This document shows, in pieces, positions 53,857-64,000 of a DNA stretch of 64,000 nt. The stretch comes from Eledone cirrhosa. Lineage: Eukaryota. Each line of letters opens with the position of its first letter. Within the stretch, counting starts at the first letter, position 1. Below the pieces are notes generated by a model. That model was not told the DNA's origin. It did not search any database and saw only the letters and a list, made by a program, of their open reading frames with translations. Where the stretch lies: positions 7,254,001 through 7,318,000 of the forward strand of contig OZ024762.1 of assembly GCA_964016885.1 (NCBI GenBank), written 5' to 3'. Made by a program: the position numbers and the translations under genes.

Positions 53857-54726
53857 CGTCGATTCTTCCTCTATATCAGGCATGTCAAACTGAGGGTCTC
53901 CCAAAAGCCACATGGGTCACATATGTGTTGTCTGAGGGCTACACATGACAACTAATTGAAGTCATTTAATAAAATGTATTGCATACAATGTGCATACAAA
54001 TGTTTTAACAACATTCATGACTACATGTAATGAAATGGTTTGACGAAAAAAAATTTTAATGGCAACATATACTTGCAGCTTGCAACAACAACAAATACAG
54101 AGACCGTTGTGTGTGTGTGTGATAAAAAAAAAAATTTTTTTGATAGTAAAAAATTTTCCAGATACACCAGATTCTTCGTTTTTCATAGTATATGAAGATT
54201 TCTAGGTGTTTCCACTCGTGAACAACCTACATATAACTGTCCCTGGGTAAAAAGCGATTCTCTTCTATTCAATTCGACAACTTTGAAACTCTGAGTCTGA
54301 GCTTTATTTATGATCATAGTATAACTGATTCTAACAGGGAACTGAAGTCTTGAGAATTTGAATGGCAGCTTGGTAGAGGAAGGGATAAGTGGAATCTTGG
54401 GAATAAATGCACTCCTTGATGATTGCCTCCAAGGAGAGTGACCTCTAGGAGATGGTTCATCATCCTCCCGCCTGTAAAGCGTGTGTCATTGCGTAGTTTG
54501 GTCCAGGTTTTTCAAAAGGATGATGGAAGTTCCAAAATATAAACAAAAGTATTTATTTTGCGATAAAGTATTGATTTTCTTCGCACAGAAAAAAACCTTG
54601 GTAATCTACGACGAATTTTTTTTATAAGCACAAAATGTAGACACCATCTCCCGAGGCTGAGGTATTCCGTACTTCTCTGTACTGTTTCAGAAAGGTGGGA
54701 TAAACATGCCAATCTATGTTTAGAAT

Positions 54727-54755
54727 CCCGAGCAACGCCGGGCCATTCTGCTAGT
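54727..54755 (+). mobile_element. Helitron-type 3' terminus
   Basis: Hairpin cccgagcaacgccggg followed by ccattctgCTAG|t. Near-identical end at 58208-58236. Confidence 0.7.
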
Positions 54756-55071
54756 TATATATAAATGTGTGTGTGTGTGTAAACCAGCGTTCGAACCGGA
54801 GACGCTAACCACGAAACACGGTCACTGACAAGGGACTAGAGAATCCCTTATGGTTTATTCCCTGATGGAAATAACAGTTAGGTTGATTAACATACCCAGG
54901 GTGTTTTTCTTCTTTGATGTTATAAAATTAGTATCAATAAACCTTCTTGCATATACCCTTCTTGCATATACCCATTGCTGTACTTACTTTTAGATTGTCA
55001 CTTTTCGTTTTTGTGTGATGCACGAAGGAACTAACCAACAAACATTTCTCTTTAATAGATAATTAAATAAT

Positions 55072-55460
55072 TGTTTCTACTTTTGGCACAAGGCCAGCAA
55101 TTATCCAGTGCATTACTGGTACTTTATTTTATCGACCCCATAAGGATGAAAGGCAAAGTTAACCTCGGTGGGATTTGAACTCAGATCATAAAGGGCCGTA
55201 ACTCTTTGCTGCAAAGCATGGCGTCCGACTCTCTACCGATACTGCCAATCCACCAACCCTTAGATAATTAAATAATTGTTTCTACTTTAGGCACAAGGCC
55301 AGCAATTACCCAGTGCATTACTGGTACTTTATTTTATCGACCCCGTAAGGATGAAAGGCAAAGTCAACCTCGGCGGGATTTGAACTCAGATCGTAAAGGG
55401 ACGTAACTATGCTAGAAAGCATGGCGTCCGACCCTCTACCGATACTGCCAATCCACCGTT
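55072..55460 (-). mobile_element. Two tandem SINE family A copies sharing a triplicated target site
   Basis: tagataattaaataat at 55056, 55261 and 55461 brackets two distinct copies. Confidence 0.9.
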
Positions 55461-55934
55461 TAGATAATTAAATAATGCTCGGTGTCACTGACGTTGAAAG
55501 TGATTGCTTCCCCTGGTCCAAACCGGTGTCACAAACAACAACGTTAACTTGGTAACTCTATAATTACATATCAGTTGTAGCGATTATGTTATGGGTGAAC
55601 GTTAACATTTGAGGATACCATAGTGTGACCTACATGTATCAGGGTAGATGTTCCATCACCTTCGTGATTAAATAGTTCATTTTATCACAAACTACATCGT
55701 GTATTGGTTTTGAATTTCTTCCGTAAATTGCTTTTATATTTGCACTTTGTTATTTCGTTTACATTTATAACAAGAGTTCGTTAGTAAGATATAATCGTGA
55801 TGTTTCACATAAAAATAGAATTCACGGAGCCTTATAAATATAATACACAAAAGTATACAATCAAAACGAAAAAAAAAACATCATTTCAACAGTCAATCAG
55901 TCACACACCAATTGGGTCATTGAAACCTCCCTCT

Positions 55935-56228
55935 AATTCTTTTTGAGGTAACCAAACATGCTCGCAGTATTACCGTGAGTGATAGCGATGTTAAGGTGCT
56001 GAAACAACTAAGCACCCTCATCTGACACCTCGAGACGTTAATGATAACAAGAACTTCGCTGTCAACGGCTCAGCTCCTCCAAACCTCTCTAACGCCACAG
56101 GCTGGAAAAAAGAGTTTACCGATAATTCCCGGAACTTTAGAATTTTATTCCCTTTTGGCTATAGAAGTAATGACCCTCACATTTACTGCAGCATCCAGGA
56201 TGAGACATCTACCTCTTACCCAGGACTG
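55935..56228 (-). mobile_element. Third, heavily decayed CRE-clade copy
   Basis: Reverse-complement similarity to 52110-52455, for example gcagcatccaggatg, gccacaggctggaaa and ctcgcagtattacc. Confidence 0.65.
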
Positions 56229-56307
56229 GGTCTAAAAATATTGGTTGCCAGGAGATAAAGGGGGCCCATCCGCATATAGAATGCTATCATTTAATTTTTA
56301 TAATGAA

Positions 56308-56403
56308 CTAGACCACCCGCGACCCGTTGGGTCACGTTTACTTCAAAATATTTTTTTTAAATTTAATTTCACTTAAAAATAATTTTTAAATAATTAAAAT
56401 ATA
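56308..56403 (-). mobile_element. Helitron-type 3' terminus (second family)
   Basis: The minus strand reads hairpin gacccaacgggtc then gcgggtggtCTAG|t. A homologue at 60049 is interrupted by a SINE. Confidence 0.6.
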
Positions 56404-56411
56404 CAATCCAT

Positions 56412-56830
56412 GGCATACGTCAAAACGGCCGGTCTCAAAAGTGAAATTAATTTTTGACAGTTACGTACACGTTATAAGAGTTATTTAAATTTATATATAT
56501 AAAATAAAGGAGCAAATAAGAGCATGATATGAAGTCAGTCATGTGTGTGTGTGTAAACGAATGTAAAAGAATATATGTAGGGCATAGATAAGGTTTCCTA
56601 GAATTTTACACACACACGTGTATATATTATAGTGTGTATGTGTGCATATATAAGTGTATATGTGTGTGTACTTTTACATTCGTTTACACACACACACACA
56701 TGACTGACTTCATATCATGCTCTTATTTGCTCCTTTATTTTATATATATAAATTTAAATAACTCTTATAACGTGTACGTAACAGTCAAAAATTAGTTTCA
56801 CTTTTGAGACCGGCCGTTTTGACGTATGCC
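56412..56830. mobile_element. Fold-back MITE with about 158-bp TIRs and 8-bp TSD (Merlin-like)
   Basis: GGCATACGTC...GACGTATGCC termini, arms 56412-56569 and 56671-56830, and perfect TSD caatccat (56404-11, 56831-38). Confidence 0.88.
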
Positions 56831-56837
56831 CAATCCA

Positions 56838-56895
<58 letters not shown>

Positions 56896-58207
56896 TAAAG
56901 GTACCTAGAAAACCCCATATCTCGGGAACCCGTGCTTCGATTTACGATATTTCTAACATTTTCTGTTGGTAGGGGAAGGTGGTGATTGGGATGGGTGGAG
57001 GTCATTGGCTGATGGATTTAAAGAATGGGGATTCTTTGAAAAAACTATATTTAGAGAAAGATACAATGATACAGAATGATACAAACAGGTCTAGTCATGT
57101 AGAAGCCATTTCTATATTAAATATTTATACTCTGCTATGTATTGAGTACCTTACTACTGTGGTTACTCCCCGGTTGAACCCGGAATATACATACACACAT
57201 ATATATATATATATATGTGTGTGTGTGTTTGTGTTTATATATATATATATTATGTTTAATATAGAAATGGCTCTTACAGGACTAGAACTGTTTCATTCAA
57301 AAGAAATCTTCAGAAGATTTCTATATTAAACATGATGTTTACACTCTACTAATGTATAGAGTTCCTTATTTACCCCTGATTGAACCGGGTCTCACATATA
57401 TGTGAAATTTGTATATCTATTGATATATGGTATGTTTACGAAGAAACATTTGAAAGCCTTTTAGCTATAAATTTTGGAAGCTGATGGCTAGCGCCATCTA
57501 GCAAATTCCAGCAGAAGCAGTAGAAGATAATTATCGATGATCGTTTCCGGCTGATGGCCGTTATCAAGATGGTGCTCTCTGCTGAAATTTAATACAGGCA
57601 AAAATATATAGTCTTTACGCCTATGTACATGGACTGATTAGACTAATTTGCATGTGGAGCTGTCGTCTGGCTTAGCCTGAAAATAGAATTAAAGTGTTCA
57701 CTCCAACATAGCAGTATACATATAAGTATGTGAATTTTTGTATATCTAATGATATACAGATTGTTTACGATTAAACAATTGAAATCCTTTTAGCTATGAA
57801 TTTTGGAAGCTGATGGCTAACACTATCTAGTGCATTCCAATAGAATATGTTTCCGTATATGTGAATGTGTGTTTCAATGATAACCTTAAGAAATTGAGAT
57901 GATAAAGGATGATGAGGGCTGGTGTTGATGATGAAGATCTGTCCACAAGCATACAATACAACTTAAAGCCTTTAGATACCCTCTCTATTATATCCTATTA
58001 GCTACTCTCTCTTGTGCCTCCACTCACTACCACCCGTTGCACACTATCAGCCATCCCTTACTCATTGCCCTGCCAAATCACCACACACCTATAACTTCAT
58101 ACCTATCTTCCTCCTCGGAGCAGAGAGGGCTCTTCACCATGGGGTCTAGCAATGAAATGGTATGTATGATATATATTCAACCTGTCCCCCTATTTGTAAG
58201 AGCAAAT

Positions 58208-58236
58208 CCTGAGCAACGCCGGGTCATTCTGCTAGT
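58208..58236 (+). mobile_element. Helitron-type 3' terminus
   Basis: cctgagcaacgccggg tcattctgCTAG|t. Confidence 0.65.
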
Positions 58237-58666
58237 ATAAGTTAAAGCTGACTGTTTTTAGCCGATTTAGCTTATGTCCAGCCAAAATGAGATTTTGGCT
58301 TCAGTTTCATATATTTTAATACTTCTCTGAATGGATAATTTATTAATATATCTTATCCTTTCAATATTAGTGACAGTTGACTTTATATAATTATATAATT
58401 ATGTGTATATATATTTATATATACACATAATACGTTAGCTAAGTTGATAACACAACCATATAAAGGCAAAGAATATTTCAAAGCTGAAATGTGATTTTAT
58501 AGTCCACAGCAAGATAGGTAAAACATAGTTCAGAGTTTAATCAAATTGGTAAATTTCCAATCACAGTAGTTTTATACCACAGAACATAAGTATAAATGAA
58601 TAAAAATAACCAGGATTAAATTAAATCATTTCATTGGACATGTGTTGGTAAATATTTGTTATTTAA

Positions 58667-58874
58667 CGCTTTAGAAGTCACATTACTCTATATTTACTAT
58701 TGTATTTCCACAGAAAAGGCTTTATCTCACATAACATCGAATCTACGAGATTTTCATGTTAATTATTTTGAGAACAATATCTTAACGTTAGTTTGAGTGG
58801 CCAGTTGCAGCTTGTTTGAACTGAAAAAGTTGAGAGAATTCTGACCGGCTATGGCCAATTTAAATGCTAAAAGG
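58667..58874. mobile_element. piggyBac-type MITE nested in the ribozyme-bearing repeat
   Basis: TTAA on both sides. The paralogue at 28338 has a single TTAA (empty site). Confidence 0.85.
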
Positions 58875-58954
58875 TTAATAGATTCTGATGAGATTAATAC
58901 AGCAGGAATGAATGTTCCTGTTTAAGTTGATCGAAACGTTCGTCAATCAATTAA
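58875..58954 (+). ncRNA. Type I hammerhead ribozyme
   Basis: Stem I ttaatagatt/aatcaattaa. CUGAUGA at 58885-91. Stem II closed by G-C (gattaa...ttgatc) with apical caggaa/ttcctg. GAAAC at 58933-37. GUC triplet at 58942-44. Confidence 0.8.
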
Positions 58955-60093
58955 ATGAGTTAATGTAATTTAATCCTGGTTATATTTATTCATATATAGA
59001 GATATACACACACATACATATCGTTATTACTACAGCTGTTAATAGTAAAGTATAAAGTTAATTTTGCCTAAATTAGATATTATGCAAGAGTAACTATTGC
59101 AGTCAATTAGTTACCGGTCCTTACTTGATGATCAACGTTTTTTACGTAGTTTCGTATCTTTTTTTTTTTATCTCCCACAAATAACGATATAACGGCAACA
59201 TAATTGTTAATCTATATGATTTGTTTTTAAAATATACATTTTAAAAATATTTATTTATAAATGGCAATTGAAAATGTAATAAAACGCATAACTGGTTGTA
59301 TTTATCATTATACGAATTTTCCAACCTACAATTTTGTTTCTATACAACAGTGTCTCCATTTTCGTACTTGGATAAAGTCACAGTTTCTGTCACTGAGTAA
59401 TGAAAACCTTTCTTTAAAATTATTGTGCTTTTTAAAATTATTATCTATGTTTTATTGTTAATATTACTGTCATAATAATTGTCATTTTTATTTTACTTCA
59501 CTAATATACAAGATTTATCGAAGTATTGTACAATTACCGTCCATCTGTTTCCGTTTCAAATTATTTTTGTGTTATTCAGATTTTATTTATCGGGTACGAT
59601 AAGGAAATATTTGTTTATGCTTTAACAGGAGAGAACCTTTCGAGAAGCAGTAATTAATATATAGACCCATCTGGTGAAGACTAAGAATATGATATAAGCT
59701 ATCACAGAAAACGGTAGTGGAATAATGGGACGAAAAAATGTTGACCCGGTCTTTAATTTTCTGATTTCTAATCCCTGTCCGGGTTGATATGTACCTCCCA
59801 GCCAGGTACCGATTAAGTTTACATGGGATCACTGGCTGAAGATTTCATCGGAGCCATTGCATATTATTTATGGTAACAACATAATAATAATAATAATTCA
59901 GGGTCCTTTAAATATTGTTTTTTTTTCTGAGGGGCAATCACCCCCTCCTAATCCAGCCCTCTAATATTGGTAGAGCTAGATTTACATAGAAATGAGATAA
60001 ATTTAAGATAATTATTAGGAAGCAATTCCATTCCAAATGTTAGGTTTGACTAGACCACCCGTGACCCGTGGGTTCACGTTCACTTAAAAATTA

Positions 60094-60273
60094 GATTGGC
60101 AGTATCGGTAGAGAGTCGGACGCCATGCTTTCCAGCATAGTTACGTCCCTTTACGATCTGAGTTCAAATCCCGCCGAGGTTGACTTTGCCTTTCATCCTT
60201 ACGGGATCGATAAAATAAAGTACCAGTAATGCACTGGATAATTGCTGGCCTTGTGCCTAAAGTAGAAACAATT
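60094..60273 (+). mobile_element. SINE family A inserted in a Helitron end
   Basis: Family A consensus. The flanks rejoin to match 56308-56403. Confidence 0.85.
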
Positions 60274-61095
60274 ATTTTAAAATCATGCTCATTTAAAAAT
60301 AATTTTTAATTAATTAAAATATACGCAGACATGTGTATGATGTAAAATGAAATTGGAAGGCGCATATATCATCATCATCATCATCGTTTAACGTCCATCT
60401 TCCACGCTAGCATGGGTTGGACGGGGATTGTCCCACTTGAGGCAAGATTGGTCGGGTGACCGTGTCAAGCTCGTATAGAACTGTTCCTGGCAGGTTTTCT
60501 ACGGCTGAATACTCTTCATAATGCCAACGACATTTACAGTATGGACTAGGAGCCTTTTTACCGTGTCTCCTACACGGCCACTTTACAGTGTGGACTGGAT
60601 GTTCTGTGTTACCAACATAACTTTACAGAGAAAGGGTGGGATGTATATTGGGTTAAGAGGTGCCTACTGACTAGGTTTGAGTTCATACGTAAGGGAAGGC
60701 AGGTATTAGAGAAGTGTAAGTGAGCAAGGTCAGTTTTTATATATGTGTGGGTGTCTGTGACTTATATACACTGGTCACAGACACACAATCTTAGAAACCC
60801 TTCCTATTTAGAAGGAAATATTCGCTGTCCTAACACAAGTTATATGATACATATGACAATATTCAGTCACCAAATCTTTGCTAGATACAGTAATTTTGTA
60901 TTCGATTCTTTTAACTCACTTATTATATTTTCATTCACATGCTCTCTTTCTCTCTCTACTTTCTACTTTCTCACAACCACTATCTCTTTCTGTCTGGCTT
61001 TCTCTCTCTATTATAAGTACCTGGAAAAACCCTGTATCTCAGGAGCTCGTGCTCCAATTTAAACAAAACTTGTTTTATTCATGTGTATTCCCACT

Positions 61096-61487
61096 GGAGG
61101 CACATGGCTTAGTGGTTAGAGCATTGGGCTTGCAATCGAAAGGTTGTGAGTTCAATTCTCAGACCGGGTGATATGTTGTTTCCTTCAGCAAGACACTTTA
61201 TTTCACATTGCTCCAGTTTACTCAGCTGTAGAAATAAGATGATAGAGACTGGCGTCCCTATCATTCCACTGCAAAGTGGTCGTGGAGGTGCCATGGCAAA
61301 AAAGCACCCAGCCCACACTGTAAAGTGGACGTGTAGGCGCCACGGAAAAAAAAAGCACCCAGCACTCACTGTAAATGAGGTTGGTGTTAGGGCATCCAGC
61401 TGTAGAAATCAAGCCAGAATCAGTTCCCGTCCCACCCTTGGAAGCAGGGAAAAGCGGACGTAAAATGATGATCATGATGATGATGAT
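61096..61487 (+). mobile_element. SINE family B (tail 2) with internal duplication
   Basis: Matches 14808 and 44447. The aaaaaagcacccagc..cactgtaaa unit is doubled. Confidence 0.9.
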
Positions 61488-61890
61488 TTCCTTTCAAAGT
61501 ATTTTCCCATTATGCACAATTTTAGCTGTATTGCATCACAGACAAAGACACAATCACAGAGTTTTAATAGTATATATATATAGTCAAATAAAATGATTTT
61601 TAACAGGATTTCTCTACATTAAGTTTGTAATAGAAATATTTTGTCTAATTACGAAAGTAAATTATTATCTGCTTTAGTTCCTCTTATTGGTATAAATTCA
61701 TTGACCATGGTCGATTGCTAAAGTACGCTTATTTATATTTTAATTCTTGTATTAATGTAATGCTTTCAGAAACACTACTTACATCGTTAATAATGAGGTT
61801 TTTTTTTTTTTTGTTAAACAAATTCCTTTGTAATACTAATTACCTGATATACAAGAAGTCCCTAAAGTCTGAACACAGGAAATATCACTA

Positions 61891-62087
61891 CGATAGTCAG
61901 CTGAAAAGTCCATAGGCTAACCAAGATACTCACATTGAATGACCAAATGAGGTTTATTTTTCAACATAGTCCCTGGGAAGAAACAATGCAGTTATTAAGA
62001 AAAAGAGTTGAAACTAATGCATGCAAGATTTCACAGCTCTAGCATCAGTCCTTCATAGTCAGCCTATGAACTTTTCAGCTGACTCTG
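61891..62087. mobile_element. Mariner-type MITE
   Basis: TA|cgatagtcagctgaaaagtccataggct ... agcctatgaacttttcagctgactc TIRs. Confidence 0.8.
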
Positions 62088-62199
62088 AAAAATTATTTAA
62101 AAAAGAAAAGTGTGAGAATACCCACACACTCCATCACACACCACAAGAGGCCCTGAAGTTTCTCTTCCAATAACTGACCTAGAATTGTTCTGGAGAAGC

Positions 62200-62620
62200 A
62201 AATAACTTTCGCTTGGTACCAAGATGAGATTTTACTGCAGCAATGTGCTTTCAATGCTCCTATGTGTGTGTGAAGACCAGCCAAGAGAACCAATGATGTT
62301 TTTGACACCAAATGTCTACAGAAAATCCTTAGCATCAGGTGGGATGACTTCACCAACAAAGAAGTCTGTCAACAAACCCACCAACAATATGTGTCTAACA
62401 TAATGTGCAACCACCGACTTGGCTGATTGGAACATGTCACACGACTCTCAAGTGAGAGGCATGCGTATTGGTATCCCTGTGGAAAGAGGCGAAGATGACA
62501 TCCCAAGATGAACTGGCAGCAAAAGTTGGAACAATGTGTTGATAGATGGAACTAACCGTGGTCATTGGAGCACTTTGGTTGCCTCGTGTGCCTCAAGACG
62601 CGCGATCCAAGTCTAAGTAA
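62200..62620 (+). mobile_element. RTE-clade LINE 3' remnant
   Basis: FDTKCLQKILSIRWDDFTNKEV and RLG*LEHVTRL motifs, with a short caagt-like repeat tail. Confidence 0.7.
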
Positions 62621-62779
62621 GCCAACTCACAGCATTAACATGGGTGATAGCAAAGCTAAGGTTCTGGAATAACTAAGCCCCCATGCAGGAATTACCTCAT
62701 ACAGTGAGCTGCCATAATGACAAGAACCTCATCAATGGCACAGCTTCCCTAAATGTCTCAAATTCCGCCAGCTGAAAAA

Positions 62780-63060
62780 AAAATTGATGTTGCATGGCAG
62801 TGAGACATTGGTGATGAGTGTGGAAGATGTGTGAAACCTGGAGAGAAACAAATCTTGCATATTCTGTTGGATGTTTAGGGTTAGTGTGCCTTAACAACAA
62901 AACATGACTGAGCTGTGAGAAAGAGAGGAATCACAAGTTTCATGCAGGAAAGAAGATTGCATTGCCATAGACATACAATGTGTATGGCTGATGATTGATA
63001 AGTGGAAAAAGGGCCAGGAGTTCCAAGGGGAAGAAAGACATGAGCAGAGGTGGTGAAAGC
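62780..63060 (+). mobile_element. RTE-clade LINE remnant
   Basis: LHGSETL and MQERRLHCHRH. Homologous to 12715-13080. Confidence 0.6.
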
Positions 63061-63599
63061 TATTTTCATGAAATTACAATTCTTTTGTTTTATTCAAATC
63101 ACAGTTTCATATTAATTTTTTACATATTACTGAAGATGATAAAGATAGTATCAACTATGAAAACATTTCCTTAGTCCAATTTGATGAGTTCCACCTCATT
63201 CTGTAAAGGAATAAGGTCTGGAATCTTGATAATTAAAATATATATATATATGTAAATTCTCGAATGGTGTCGGTAGGGTAATGTGTTGGTAGAGTATAAG
63301 CATCTTTATTATATATAGAAATGACTTCTACAGGACTAGAACAGTTTCATTTGTATGAAATCATCAGGACATTCCTGATGATTTCTATATATAATAAAGA
63401 TATATATATGCGTATTTACAGAATATAAAACAATTGAATTTTTGTTTAATGCATGCTATTATTAACATTCTGTGTATAATATACCTGATATTTTCACTTT
63501 TACATGTACTCTTCTTATAACACCTTTCAATATTTTGATATCTTTTTACTGTAATATCATGTATATGCTCGCTATCATTTTGGATCTGTATTACCTTAA

Positions 63600-63820
63600 C
63601 CCTTTAGCATTCACATTACTCTATATATACTATTGTATTTTCGTAGCAAACACTTTATCTTACAGAATTATCTCACATAATATCGAATCTATGAGATGTT
63701 GATATTATAGATTTTGAGAACAATACCTTAACATCAGTATAAGCGGCCAGTTTCAACTGGTTTGAACAAAAAGAGGTGACACATTCCTGGCCGGATATGG
63801 TCGGTTTGAATGCTAAAGGG
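63600..63820. mobile_element. Intact piggyBac-type MITE
   Basis: TTAA|ccctttagcattca ... tgaatgctaaaggg|TTAA, with perfect 14-bp TIRs. Confidence 0.9.
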
Positions 63821-64000
63821 TTAATGCCTACTATTACTGATTTACTGTGTAATATGCTTGATATACTCACTTGTAGTAATACCCTCTTTACAACAGCTTC
63901 CAATATTCGGCTATCTTTTCGGTGTAATATCATTTTATTACTCTTGTTTTTCAATATGATGTCACTAACACTGTCAATAATAATGTATCTTAATGAATGT

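Noticed and set aside
53858-53877. 20-bp identity gtcgattcttcctctatatc with 11001-11020
   Set aside because: At 11001 it is the end of a SINE-like tail, so it is probably a shared repeat fragment.
59587-59860. Non-repetitive island with an 81-aa minus ORF and a + strand acceptor-like site
   Set aside because: No recognisable homology and no consistent exon frame.

Overview
AT-rich, microsatellite-saturated eukaryotic genomic DNA. The repeat families and (TA)n density suggest an octopus or other coleoid cephalopod, which is an inference. Only one host gene is supportable: the 3' end of a + strand gene, with an 83-nt internal exon (21514-21596) spliced in phase 0 to an 855-nt terminal coding exon (22883-23737). 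It encodes a disordered, Tyr-motif-rich cytoplasmic tail ending in a PDZ ligand (-PTLV), typical of a receptor tyrosine kinase and possibly ROS1/sevenless-like. A further candidate exon lies at about 11065/11082-11179. The rest is intronic or intergenic and packed with repeats: tRNA-derived SINEs, RTE and CRE-clade LINE remnants, hAT/Charlie, mariner, pogo, piggyBac-type and Merlin-like MITEs, Helitron ends, Penelope-like (PLE) fragments and several minisatellites. The most notable signals are two covarying type I hammerhead ribozymes in a dispersed repeat plus several variant hammerhead cores at fold-back junctions, a cluster of CRE retroelement tails, an inverted triplication, and a 30-bp higher-order minisatellite spanned by a 774-codon ORF. 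Nearly all listed ORFs are microsatellite artefacts.
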